DNA of 60,000 bases, the filler included, from Hausera hauseri (lineage: Eukaryota), in NCBI GenBank assembly GCA_046269625.1. It is 12 parts of 12 records of this genome, joined end to end, with 100 filler letters (N's around TTAATTAATTAA, not from the genome) between each part and the next. Parts side by side here need not be neighbours in the genome. Positions count along the whole stretch, not along the records: positions 36,915 to 41,107 come from JBJURY010708881.1; positions 41,208 to 46,386 come from JBJURY010315052.1; positions 46,487 to 50,736 come from JBJURY010676439.1; 9 more parts are not named here. The stretch is one strand, 5' to 3'. The notes beneath the pieces are model-generated. The model was not told where the DNA came from, ran no database searches, and worked only from the letters and a program-made list of their open reading frames with translations. Of this stretch, positions 38,700 to 50,836 are shown piece after piece. The translations under genes were made by a program, and so were the position numbers. Each line of letters starts with the position of its first letter. Position 1 is the stretch's first letter.

Positions 38700-40930
38700 T
38701 GTTTGCATGGAGCAGATAAATCCTTGCCTCTGAGTAGCGTTTGTTTCTTAGCTTGTTAGAAGTCGACAACGATCATATTGTTAGTATTCCTACTGGGGGT
38801 CGCATGGATAGTGAGCGACATTTCGTTGTGGGCTTTTTCTGATTTGTATAAACCGATGTCAACAATGCGGTTATTTGTTAATCCATCAGGCATGTGTGCC
38901 TTCCTGCTGTATACCTCAAGATATCTCGGCACCTTACTGGGATCAGCAGAATTGATACCGAAGCGTACACTAAAAATTACTGAGTCCGGTCGCCAGTTGC
39001 TAATGGCCATTGCTACGGGGTTTTTACAAACAACTGTGATACCCGGTTCCTGATTGGCCATGCAACTATTATGTATATACTGTAGAGTATAATTCCAACA
39101 GCCGATCTCTACTGAACGAAACGTCGTCCTACTGTTCAAAGTGCTTGAAAAAATCAACGGATATATGATCACATGATAGGTCATCAAGAAAAACGCTATC
39201 CTGAGTCTTGTGCGGCTTTTGTTGACCCTCTATAATTGTTGTTGGATCATCGGTAATATGTTAAAACACAGGTGCGCGATCCAAACAACAATATAAATAT
39301 GAATTTCTGAATGAGTCGCGTAACCAGTACAACACATCAGAGGTAGGGACCATAGATGCTATAGCAGTGTGACTACATCCGTCATTGATTGTGCGCGATA
39401 TGTCAAACATGTCCAGTGATAGTGGTAGCACTGCCGTGCCTCTCTGCTACACGATAGGCAAATCCGGCCGGCCCAACAGCCAAGCATAACGGTGTGTTAT
39501 TGTGTGCGCAAACGGCTGTCGGTAAACCTGGTTGATGGGGAACAGATGTGCATCTGGTTAGAGTTAGCGGAGGGTCGTTGCCAGTTATATCGAGAAAGTA
39601 GTTGGTATCGACGTACAGATCATCAGCACCCGTTTCCAAAACGACACAGAACGCATATTCGTTATTATCATCGTCAGAATTTTTAAAATTTGAAATGGAT
39701 AAAAATATCAACTTTACATGATTGAAAAATCCCATGTCCGAGTGCCACGAAATAAGGAAGCAACGTTTCTGACACAATTTATGGAAGTTTGGCTGATAGT
39801 TGATCGTTTCCAAACAACTAGACACGGGGAATATATTTAGGATTCGTTTTCCAAGAATTACATCTGAATCATCTAAAGGTTCGGTTCGTATAGTATGGCG
39901 CCAGACTCTTGTCACGTCCTGTGTAATATCACCCGTAAGTACAATTGATTCATTACAACATAATCCCCTGAGCACCAATACGTAACTGGTGAATATTCGA
40001 GGATTCCCCAAAAGATCTCTCAAGCTCCGAATGACTTTGAAAAGTGTTGCATTCTCATATAATGTACGATGATTAACGTTCCGATCGGCAACGCCCTCGT
40101 TACTCAGGTAGGGTACAAATGATTCTGATGTAAACGCATCTGATGTTGGCCATAATTTAATTGCTAATGACGATACAAACGACGACACATTCATCAATTT
40201 AAATGTATCCGTGTAACAATACGGATGTTCGACGATTTCTAATGAGGATACAAAATAAAACTCATTCATTTTTTTTTTCAAATGACTCGACCCGTAGTTT
40301 TTTCACCCCTTTCGGCACGTAGACGATAAAACCTGTTACTAAATTATCATTACGTATCAACGGTGCGTTCATTTTTTGGAATTTATCCACCGCCTCATTT
40401 GTAATTAGAAATTCAAAACATTCGGACAGATTCTGAACACAAAAACCAGCAATGTCGTAGTTATTTAAATCATGGTAATCTCTGAAACTCAAGGAACTCT
40501 GATAACCAAAACTTATGTTTTGATCTCGTCCCAAATGAGTAGCCTTTTGTAATGATACGCTCAACGTATGATATAGAAGTTTATCTAATTTCATCAAATT
40601 ATTGACATTGAATAACTCGACTACTGAATTTTGATTGTGTTCGTTCGAGAATGGGGATGTATCAATATATTCAAACGAATTATTCAACGAATTCGGATCA
40701 TCGCTTTTTGGGTTTAAAATATTCGATAGCGCTGTAACTGTATTAACGAAACATTGATTAATACGCTTCCTTTTACGGCATGCAACTGCATATTTACCTT
40801 TTTAACTTTATTTCCAAAGCTATAGATTTCCAGTAACATGAATGAAACTGTTGGCCAATCTTTATGATGAACTTGGCTAAAAAAGAATCGAAACGATATT
40901 AAAATCCAAATTTTAAAACAGAATAACAAA
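38700..40930 (-). pseudogene. UBR4: Highly divergent UBR4/p600-like internal fragment, with stops and frameshifts
   Basis: Collinear with the UBR4 sequence as I recall it: SVPHQPGLPTAV..NTPLCLAVGP (EVMNHPGLVCC..GVPLVVMVKP); DG..YWLRDS; VDFFKHFEQ*DDVSF..LLELYS (IDFFEH..TDVEF..LLQVYN); VPRYLEVYSR (APSYIEIFGR). The part above about 39900 is not recognisable. Confidence 0.6.
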
Positions 40931-41207
40931 ATGGCTGATGATCTTTTAATTCGACTAAAAGATTTTTATTATTAAAACAATTTTTTTTAATTACATACAA
41001 TGTCACAGAAAATTGATACAAAAGGAAGGAATGTGAATTCGACAATCAATTCTGCTGAGTCATTCCGACTGACGTTTTTTAAAGTAATTCGCAGAATCCT
41101 GAATTTCNNNNNNNNNNNNNNNNNNNNNNNNNNNNNNNNNNNNNNNNNNNNTTAATTAATTAANNNNNNNNNNNNNNNNNNNNNNNNNNNNNNNNNNNNN
41201 NNNNNNN

Positions 41208-44200
41208 GCAAAGGTATCCTTGTATTGTTTTAATATTTTAACTATTCCTTCCTTCTCCCCATCTGTTAGGGTACTATCCTTGCCAAACAAGTCGAAATCA
41301 TTCCAATTAATTGGAGTTTTAACAAATTTTGTTATTTTCTTCTTTTTATCAATATGTCCTTTTAATCTATTTATAGGTTTTGTTTTAAATCGTATGCCAC
41401 ATTCCTTTTTTGGACTCTGCCGTTGTTTTTCCATAAAATCGCACAACTCTTGTACAGTGGAGATAATGGCTTCTGTTGCCTTATTGCCTATATCTTTTAT
41501 AATATACACATAGGCAATTCTTGTACCTTTTCTAAGAATTTTGGGCTTGTTTGAAACATTGGCTATCCGAATAATCACTTGTTGTTCACGGATATTATCA
41601 ATTGTATGAGCTATCCATAATTCGCTCTTGTTCATAAAATTTATATTTGGCTCTATATAAACGTCACCTTCATATCTTTTTTCCACCACTGCTTTAAGTA
41701 CAACTTCTGTTCTGGCTGGAATCAGTACGTCTTCTTTGATAGAGACTGTATCCCTCTTCTCTCTTTTCATCTGTTGAAAAGGTTGAATTTGCTGAGTTTC
41801 TAAATGAATACACATGCCTTTCAGTTTTGCCAACGCATCACAACCAAGTATGGCTTCTGCTACTAATTCATCTGCTATTCTAAATTTTTGTTCGAATTTT
41901 CGATTCGTAATTTTAGTATAACATTTTATTATATCTCGTACTTGTACCTTTGTTCCGAAAGCGCCAACATTCGTAAGATCTTCTGTGGGTTTCTGTAACT
42001 TTTTCTTTAATTGCTCTGGCAACTGTTTGCGAGAGATCATCGAAGCCAATGCTCCTGTGTCTATTATTGCAGTAAGAGGATATCCGTCTATCCAAATTAC
42101 TACTCTTGGAATTACTTTTCCTCCATCTATACTTGTTATCAAAGCCTCTTTTGGGGCCGTTGGATAAAATTTGAGTCTCACGTGCTTCGGATCGTAGTTA
42201 TCTACATCACTAGAACAATGTATATCTATATATTCATTAGGAGACATAAAACATTGTTGTTCCATTGGATATTCACTCCATTGTTTCATTTGGGGAATAT
42301 CCGAAAGTAAGGTTCTTTGTTTCTTACTTCGAGCAGTGATTAAACTCCATGTCTTTTTAGTATGTTCAAGTGATTGAGGTTTTATTTCCTTCACCTTCTT
42401 AGTCGAGTTTATTGGAGATTCATCGTCATCGTTATTTGAATCATTCTTATTTTTCTGCTTCCATTCAGCGTCCTTTTTCATTAGGAAACAGCTAGCTATG
42501 AATGGAATTACGGCGTAGATGATTTTCCATGTACATCCAACAGCTTGTTTTATACCATATCCTTTTGTAATCATAGTTAAAATTGCTTTTATAAAGGCAA
42601 AAATATAATAAAATCCCAACCATCCAGAATTAAACTGACCAAACCACATGTACCATCCCCATGCGGTTGCAAATATATCTTTAGCAATTCGTTTTGCATA
42701 ATCGGGTCCCATTAAGTTTTCCCAATTAGCTTTTCCATCATGATCAGCTAATACTTTCATAGTCATTTCCGTTAGGACTTTTTGTCTTTGCTGAGGAAAC
42801 ATCATCATTCTTCTATGATTTTCCATGTCTTGTTCTGAGTATACTCCCATCTTTACTAGATCCGTCAATGGTTTATATGTTTGTTCGGTCTTCAAGTTAA
42901 TAAGACTAATTCTACGCGGCGGCGTAATCTGTTCCCTTTTTGGCATTCTTACCCAAAAATTATCGCTCAGTCTAAATGCTGGCGACATTGTGTATGTACA
43001 ATTTTGATGTATGTATGGTTTTTCTGTCGGGTCCAACAATATCCGAGTAATTGGTTGTAAAAATCGTGGTTTCTCTTTATACCAAACAGGTAACTCCATA
43101 GTGCAGTCCGTGGTTGGTCTTAATTTGACTGCTACCTTCGTGCACTCAAAGGTAACGAGTGTTTCTCCCATTGTTCGTGCAAATTTTCCTTCCGCATCTG
43201 GCGATTCAGCTGGATCTTTTATCACTCCATCTGTTATTGTTGATAAATAGATTCGGTTTCTAATTATCTCTCTATTTAACTTACAGTCGTTTAATATTAT
43301 TTCTCGGTACATGGCATAAATATTTTCTTGCTGGAAGTAATAAATGAAATCGATTTTATTATCGAAATACAAGTGGGGTTTCACTTCTGATTTATCAATT
43401 TTCTTCTTAGCTTTTAGTATCTCTGTGGTAGATAAAAATATTCCTTTATAATTTGTTCGGAATACAGTTTGATCACATCTTCTGGTATCACTTTCCAGTT
43501 TGAATCTCATACCATCCTGAGGATTCGCTAAATATACTACAGTGGGAGTTTCAATCATATCCGATACTCGATCTAATCTACTCTTAGATATTTCCTCTTT
43601 ATACACTCGTCCTTTTGTTTCATTAAACTTTCCTACCTTTAACAAAGCTAACTGACATTGGTCCCGGTCAACTTCATATGACATAATTGATTCACCAGTG
43701 TCGCATTCTTTATTATAGTAATCACATTCAGGAAATGTCATCATCTTTCCTGAAGATAGTTCGAAAAGGGCATCATACTCTCTCAGCTCGACTTGATAGT
43801 CTTCAATAGCCACTATATTATCTAAAATTTCACCGTTGATATTATAAGACTCACCCTTACAATATCCTGTCTTGTCGATTGTTCCAGCCACAAAAATTCT
43901 TTTATTGATAATTTTCCCTTTCTGAGCTTTCAGTCTAATATTACCAATATTAATCTGTTTTGTCACGAAAGCCTCTATGCACATCCTCTTGCTTATAGGA
44001 AGTGGTTCAAACGGAGTAGTTGGTTCGACTATTGCCGAATTTCGATACCAGTAACCACAAATGAAATGGAAATGATTTTTTCGAACAAAGCATTCCTTTA
44101 CTTTAGTTTTCATAAACTCCGACTCTTGATAAACGTAATATTGTTTTTCTGGTATTATAGTTAATGACGCTGGATTAGCAAATGGGCATTTCTCTAGTTT

Positions 44201-44974
44201 TAATAAAGAATATATTGGACCCTCCTTTGCTTGACTACAATCATAAGCGATAATCGAGAGAGCCTTTGGCATTAGGCTAAACAGAAGGAGTATAGGTATA
44301 ACCTTAGTTAACCAGGATAGATCAAATTCTGGTTGTGGATTTCGTTGAATTTCCGATTGTTGAGGTGGACGATGTTCTGTTCGTTGTTGCATGATTGGGG
44401 CTGATTCGTGTATTGCCGTATGAACCAAGCTAATAATCCAACCACCTCTACATTTTACCCATCCTTCAACATTAGCCTTTAACGCTCTCGTAGCGATTTC
44501 TATATTTCTCTCTATCTCTTCTTGATTCGGATTTACACTGTTCATTACTATTATTTTATATAAGAGATAGGACATTGCTGTCACAATTTTATTTCGGGAT
44601 ATGCCAGTTCCCATCATTCTGGATAATATATCTCTTTCCTGGATTTCGTTTATCCTTTCATCTGTAGGAATATCTGCAAATTGTTCACTAATCTTTGCAA
44701 TTTCATTTCTAATACTTTGCATTAATAAATCCGGTATTTGTAGATTGGTATTAAACTCAACAAATGCATTATGCATTCTTGCTAACAGGGTTTGAAATAG
44801 TGTTGTAAGTGATACATTATCTACGTCATATTCGTCCTCCGTTGTTAGTAATCTTTGGACAACTTCGTCATCTCTAGCTTTTCTGCCTTTCAACTGATAA
44901 AGTTTCGTTGTTCCTTTTGGTCTACCACGGTTTCTTTTATCCGTTTGTATTTGCTCTGATATAGGCATATTCAT
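41208..44974 (-). CDS. Polyprotein: AT-hook, helical region, signal peptide, chuvirus-like glycoprotein, TM, retropepsin, pre-RT linker (frame open from 45121)
   Basis: RNRGRPKG; signal WLTKVIPILLLFSLMPKALS|IIAYDC (mature start 44254); Cys-rich ectodomain; WGWYMWFGQFNSGWLGFYYIFAFIKAILT..WKIIYAVIPFIASCFLM (to 42479); AIIDTGALAS (Asp at 42061) and EAILGCD; LTDGEKEGIVKILKQYKDTF. Confidence 0.9.
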
Positions 44975-45054
44975 TCCGGCTTCTACTTGTTCTTGTTGTT
45001 GATGTTCAACTTCTTGTGCCTCTTTTGGTCTAACATCAGTATATATCTCATCAA

Positions 45055-46386
45055 TTATCTCTTGTTCGGTCTGTTTGTAAGTGATGCATACAGGATTATA
45101 TCGGTTTCCCAGATACCTACTTCATATAAGGTTTCATAGTCCATCAGCGTTCGCCCATAGAAGCGTAACTCTAATTCTCCTTGGGGTTGACTTATTTCGT
45201 TAATTTTATGTTTCAACATATCTATTGTATCCAACGATCTCATCCTGAGAGCATGGAAATCTTGATTATATTGTTGGAGAGTAACTATTACTTCGGGGTT
45301 TTCTCCAACTGTCCTCACTCTATCTGCATATCGATAGATTATATACCGTACGATATTTTGATAAGGACTCGTACCGGCAGCATATATTAACAACAAGTCC
45401 AATAAATCAACAAATTGTTGATGGTTAATCGTTGGCATTAATAACATAGATAAATCTTGTCTAAATCGATTGCCATCAATTAATTCTTGGTTGTTATAGC
45501 TAGCTATTTTGCGAACTATTTCTACGCCATTCTGATCTAAGTCCACAGACGAAGATTCATAACTTGGAGATTTCTCCTTTATCTTCTTTTTCCTTATCCT
45601 TTTTATCTTTTCTTTAGGTTCATTTTCTCTGCTTGATTCACTTTTTTCACTTTCACTACCTGTAGATAAGTTGAGTTCTGGGGTTTTCAATTCTTCTTCC
45701 TGTATCAAGGGTTTATCTTTCTTTTTAACCCTTTTCTTCTCGACGTCCGATTCCGATGCGGGAGTCTTTTTGGGTCTACCGATGGGAGCGATGACTGAAT
45801 TTTCATCATTTATTTTCTGTCTTTTCTCACAAATTTGTTGCTCCTTTAGTTCGAAATACAGCTGTTTTAATTCAGCTATCTTATCTTCATCTTCTATTGT
45901 ATTAATCTTACTTTCTTTCAATTTAGATCTGATCTTTTGTTGAAGTTTTTCTATAGTATCTTCGGGTTCTGTGTCAGTGGTTTCATGTTCTTTATCTGTG
46001 TCAGATATATTTCCAATCATTTCGACCTGCTTCTTCCTTTGGTTTGATTGTCCTTGATTAGGGCAGGAACGAGCCATATGTCCATATTTTTGAAATGAAA
46101 AACATAATGGCTGTCCATCTTGATTAACCGGAGGCTTTCTCTTGGCAGATTTCTGAGGTTGGTTTTGCCAAGAAACCTTTTTCTGCTGTTGTTCCGGTTG
46201 GCTAGAATACTTCTGAAAAGGCTTTTGCTGAAAATTTTTCTTTTGTTGAAAATTTTTCGGCTTCTTGTCATCACTTTTGGGATGCTTTTTAATATTCTCG
46301 AGTCTTTCATAATTGACTTCGATTTTTCTGGCCTTACTGACGGCTTCTTTGTAAGTATCCGGATCTGCAACGATAATATAATTTTG
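45055..46386 (-). CDS. Gag C-terminal part, degenerate zinc knuckle, charged linker and ubiquitin-like domain (open from the contig edge)
   Basis: Frame is open from 46386: PDTYKEAVSKARKIE (gypsy capsid end), CFSFQKYGHMARSC (CCHC knuckle with the 2nd Cys as Phe), Ubl LRMRSLDTIDMLKHKI..LRFYGRTLMDYETLYEVGIWETDII at about 45294-45085. Confidence 0.85.
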   Translation of the reverse strand, partial: QNYIIVADPDTYKEAVSKARKIEVNYERLENIKKHPKSDDKKPKNFQQKKNFQQKPFQKYSSQPEQQQKKVSWQNQPQKSAKRKPPVNQDGQPLCFSFQKYGHMARSCPNQGQSNQRKKQVEMIGNISDTDKEHETTDTEPEDTIEKLQQKIRSKLKESKINTIEDEDKIAELKQLYFELKEQQICEKRQKINDENSVIAPIGRPKKTPASESDVEKKRVKKKDKPLIQEEELKTPELNLSTGSESEKSESSRENEPKEKIKRIRKKKIKEKSPSYESSSVDLDQNGVEIVRKIASYNNQELIDGNRFRQDLSMLLMPTINHQQFVDLLDLLLIYAAGTSPYQNIVRYIIYRYADRVRTVGENPEVIVTLQQYNQDFHALRMRSLDTIDMLKHKINEISQPQGELELRFYGRTLMDYETLYEVGIWETDIILYASLTNRPNKR

Positions 46387-46605
46387 NNNNNNNNNNNNNN
46401 NNNNNNNNNNNNNNNNNNNNNNNNNNNNNNTTAATTAATTAANNNNNNNNNNNNNNNNNNNNNNNNNNNNNNNNNNNNNNNNNNNNCACACGCTCAGACA
46501 GACACAAACTCACAGGTAGTTAAGGACATACCAGACGATTTGGAAGTGGTTGTTACTTATTTGTTCTCTTGCAACAATCTCTACGTGTTGTCTGCATCCA
46601 GTGAC

Positions 46606-46612
46606 GTTGTTT

Positions 46613-46668
<56 letters not shown>
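46606..46668 (+). repeat. (GTT)n microsatellite
   Basis: About 18 perfect GTT units at 46615-46668. Confidence 0.97.
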
Positions 46669-47236
46669 CGAACTCCACATCACCGAGCATCACCTCTTGA
46701 GAAGGGCTGTTGCAGTGATAAGGACTGTGGAGGAGGGTAGCTCAGCTGTTCCGGTTGTGCTCAGGAGGTGGACCGAGTTCCTCCAGACAGTAATGCAATA
46801 CTTGACCTCCTAGAAGTCATCCAACACACAACTGGGGGCCATTTCGAGAGTCCGCCCGTAGGTTTACTTACCCTTGCCCAGTGACACAGCTTGGGACTAT
46901 GAATCGTCAGCCATTGGTTAATGTGTATCAGGACCGGCTATTCGTCACCAACAACACAGTATCTCGGTCTCCATCCAGTGACGTAATCTAGTCTCCCTTG
47001 TTGTTGAGGGGTAGCGCCTAGGTTGTCTCCTTTGGGTTGCATAGAATCGTGGCTATGCTGTTTGACTTGTGGTTGTAACAAGGCGCTGTCGTAGATTCAG
47101 TGTTTGCCGATTCGATTCCCGGAGTGGCCAATTTCCTTTGTGTTTTTCCATCTGTTGTCCAGTCTGTTCTTCGTCTTAACTACTTCTTTCGGTCCTATTC
47201 ATACATTTAATATTTGTTTGTTTATGTCATTCTCAA

Positions 47237-47305
47237 GGAGCCCCGATAGCCTAGTGATTAGTGAGCTCTCTTTCGATCGTGTGGTCAGAACTTCAATCCC
47301 AGCTT
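47237..47305 (+). mobile_element. tRNA-derived SINE head (degenerate)
   Basis: A-box-like TAGCCTAGTG and B-box-like TTCAATCCC at tRNA spacing; no complete cloverleaf. Confidence 0.5.
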
Positions 47306-48324
47306 GAATTTTTCTGACCAAAACGGTTTCAGGGGTCCAGAAAAAAAAAAAAACGAGTACCACAGAAAGTGGCCAGAAAAGTAAAGTCCGCCTGGCGTTA
47401 TGCTGAACACATTCCTAATAACGTACCGTTGGTCTATGAAAAAATGTGAACATTAACTCCATGTTCCCTTATACGTCTTTAAGGCATGAATGCGCCCCCG
47501 CCCCCCCCTTCCACCTCCTATGTCATTCGCTAATTTTACATTTTCTATGAAAATTTCTCAACCGCGCCTCAGTAAATTTTCAATTCCGACAAATTTAAAT
47601 TCCCTGTCCTATATATCTTTTTATTATTGTATGCGTGCGCGTGTGTGTGCGTGAGTGCGTGCATGCGTGCGTGCGTGTATGTGTTTATCTCTGTATCAGT
47701 TCGTTTTAGTGTCCGGGGAGGACTCGTGTCTTACACATACTACTTTGGCCAGTAATGTTCTGCTCATCCGTATTGATTATAAGATTGTATATTTTCGTGG
47801 AGTCAGTAAGTCGTGTTTTTTAATCCTGTACTGGCTTCACTTCTGACACGAACCTTTTTTTAATCTATTTGGGAGGGGAGGGGGGCGTGTGGCACAGAGA
47901 TTTTAAATCTCTTCTTTCAGGTCGTTTAGTTTGTAGATGAAACAATTATGCTCTATTTATTATTATTTTTAATTAATAAGTTTTCTTGTAAAACACAGAC
48001 ACATAAATATTTTCACGCTGTTTAGCTAGATTATGTTCATGTACCAGAAAGACATATGCAAGTGCAATCTATTGTAAATAAATGTTTGTTTTATTATTAA
48101 CAGTCGACAAGTTCGTAACGCCACTGCCGCGACATGTCGGTGTGTCAATAGCGAGTTACTTGAGCACATTTTCCTTCCTCTTAGTAAGTTAGTTAATTAT
48201 TTGCACCTAAAGGCGTATACCAGAATGTGCAGTTGGTTCCAATACTTTTCATTAACCAATGGCACATATCAGGTTATGTGGATTGCATAACGCCAGGCCG
48301 CATTAACTTTCACAGAGAATTACT

Positions 48325-48465
48325 CCGGTTCCCAATTTTGAGGATGGGTGGACACTAACTCCACGTTTTGGTTATAACAATTTACAACCTGCCACTGCTG
48401 GATGTTGAACCCATGACCACGTGATTGGCAAACCAGTACATTAGCCACTACGCTACCGCGGCTAC
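48325..48465 (-). mobile_element. tRNA(Gly-GCC-like)-derived SINE with core domain
   Basis: GCGGTAGCGTAGTGG..TTGCCAA..GGGTTCAACATCC followed by GTCCACCCATC..AAATTGGGAACC. Confidence 0.6.
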
Positions 48466-49779
48466 ACGTGTTATAAGTAGGTACTGTACAATATGAATAA
48501 CTGCTGCCCTGATATTTAAAACTGTTGTTGTCTGCCAAATTAAATTTTACCTCATTTTTTTTTTTACAAATGCTTATTAAAATAACGGAGAAACATTACT
48601 GTGATAACTAAGTTTTAAGGTTAATTGCTATATTCAGTTATGTTACATACAACTGAAGACTGAGGTCCTGTGTATGGACGACCCAAAGCCGCCTCTAACA
48701 GTGCCTCTGACGAATCATTGCTAGCAAAAAACCTCTGCCTACGTCCAAGTGGTGTCTCCTGGTAATGGAAGAGAAACCTGCCGACTAACGGGTGGAATCT
48801 CGGGATGATCCCCAGCTGTGAGATGGATCACTTTCAGGAGGCCAAGTATTACATTACCACCTGAAGGACATGAAGGACCTGGGTCCACCCACTAGACACC
48901 ACCGGGTCACCAAAAAGGCTCAGCTACCCTCTTTCACAGTCCTTCTTAGGACTACAACATCCCATCTCATCCAGAAGCGCCGATACTCTGTGATGTGGAA
49001 ATCGATCAACAACAATAATTTTACAATTTAAAAGGAGCACAGCTGAAGATGTTATCTCTCAAAACTATTCATTATCTTAAGGTTTTTATCGCCGAGAGAA
49101 GCATCTTAAAACAATACATACAACACATTCAATTTTAATGCTCCGTCTGTGGAAGTATTTCCAGCCAAACTTTCTGCTCTCATTTATATAAATGCTGTAG
49201 TACTGAAGCACTAAAACAAACTGAATCCACAGACTATAGCAAGATGCAGACATTGCACATACCAACATGAGACAGTGGAGCACCACCTGCTGTCTTGCGC
49301 CGCAGTTCGGGAAACACAACAGACTCTGCTACCAGACAACCCAACACACACAGTGTTCTAAACGACAACACAATGCTCCTCATTAAAAAAAATTGCACAG
49401 TACCACATAATGCCATCAAGTCAACAAGACCTAACGCTCGATGACTGGGGATCAAGGACAAGACGAGACTTAATCAGCGTAGAAAGATCAACTGAACTGT
49501 AAGTTAAAACATCCCCACCCCCCTTCTTACAATTTTAAATACAGAAGAAACCAAGTTGCCGGTCTTGCTCTTTGTTGTTCTTTTTTGTTTTTGTTCAAAA
49601 CTGTAAATTTTCTTAATCTCGTTTTCGTATGACAAAGAATCTTAAAACAGAACAGGCAATACAACTTTTATCATTGATGGACCCTAGTCCTGAACCTTGC
49701 CTTTTGATTATTTTGTAGCTGTTCCATGCACAGTTCATAAGGCAGCGCTGGTAACATTATTACCACGTACCACGTCCTT

Positions 49780-50160
49780 AACAGAACTTCACTCATATCA
49801 CATCCAGTTAAAAAAAACCGTGTCTTGTTAGCTCGCTTCTTCCAACTTCCTGTTCAGAGTTTCTTTAATGTCTCGTGTCCAACGTTGTCTTGGTCGACCT
49901 TGATCTCGTGTGCTAGAAACATGCCTCCAAAGTTTGTTTTTCCAGGCCATCATAGAGATGGTGGCAGTTTATGAGGCAGTTTTCTGTGATATTCAGTTCT
50001 TGCAAAATGTCTTTGTTTTTTTCTTTCTGTTCATGATATTCTGAAGATTCTTTTTTCTGACACTCTGTTTCGAAGCGTTCAATATATTTCTTTATTGTTT
50101 ATGCAATGATCAATCATTCACATCCGTAGATCGCTAAAGGTAATATGCAAGAATATTTGT
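49780..50160 (-). mobile_element. RTE-clade LINE 3' relic
   Basis: LAIYGCE*..ERFE..QGRPRQRWTRDIKE on the minus strand. Confidence 0.6.
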
Positions 50161-50836
50161 TGGATGTCATAAGCTGGTAACACGAAAGCATTTATATCGA
50201 TTTCCTTACCTCATATGGGCGAATGTGGAGCTATCTGAATGGACGTTTCTTTACTTACTATCACACTTCAGAAAATGTCTACTCACCAAGCCAGGACTAA
50301 ACATACTGACCAAGACCTTCCAACACTTCCACGTAGTGTGCCCTAGAAACAGAAGCAATTCTGTCCAACGATGGAAGGATCGACCATGGTCCCCAGTTAA
50401 GAGGTGGATCACTAGGAGCCCAAGCATTGCACTAATGCCTGGAGGACTACGCTCCACTGGGACTGCAGAAATGCTCAACGCAACCGCTCCTGTGTCCTTC
50501 TTAGGACTACATCCCTTGTCAAGGCTCATCCAGAAGAGCTGACGCTCAGCAATGAGGAGTTCAAATAACAAGAACAACATTACAGCCAAACCAAGGAAAT
50601 TGTTGTGACGGAAGTATTTAGAATTCAAACATAACAAAGACAGCTCCCGAAGTGAAGAAGGGGTTTAAACCAAGATCAAGACGTGGTGATAAATGGGGTT
50701 GAAAGCTACGACGGCCCACGCAGCACAGCTTGGGATNNNNNNNNNNNNNNNNNNNNNNNNNNNNNNNNNNNNNNNNNNNNTTAATTAATTAANNNNNNNN
50801 NNNNNNNNNNNNNNNNNNNNNNNNNNNNNNNNNNNN

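Larger units (their letters stand above)
41208..46386 (-). mobile_element. Ty3/gypsy-like retroelement: gag - Ubl - AT-hook - envelope glycoprotein - protease - start of pol (both ends cut by contig edges)
   Basis: See the two CDS entries below; two long frames overlap by 67 nt. Confidence 0.92.

Noticed and set aside
45104-45110. GGGAAAC slippery heptamer in the gag/env overlap
   Set aside because: It is out of phase (TGG GAA ACC in the Gag frame) for canonical -1 slippage.
46540-46813. Poly-Val and poly-Leu ORFs
   Set aside because: They are translations of the (GTT)n microsatellite.
47237-48465. Two tRNA-like sequences
   Set aside because: The cloverleaves are incomplete and one is followed by a SINE core-like motif, so they are called as SINE heads, not tRNA genes.
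48660-50736. Possible Penelope-like RT fragments (GSTM.SPV-like near 50378-50400)
   Set aside because: Only one partial motif across a frameshift; insufficient.
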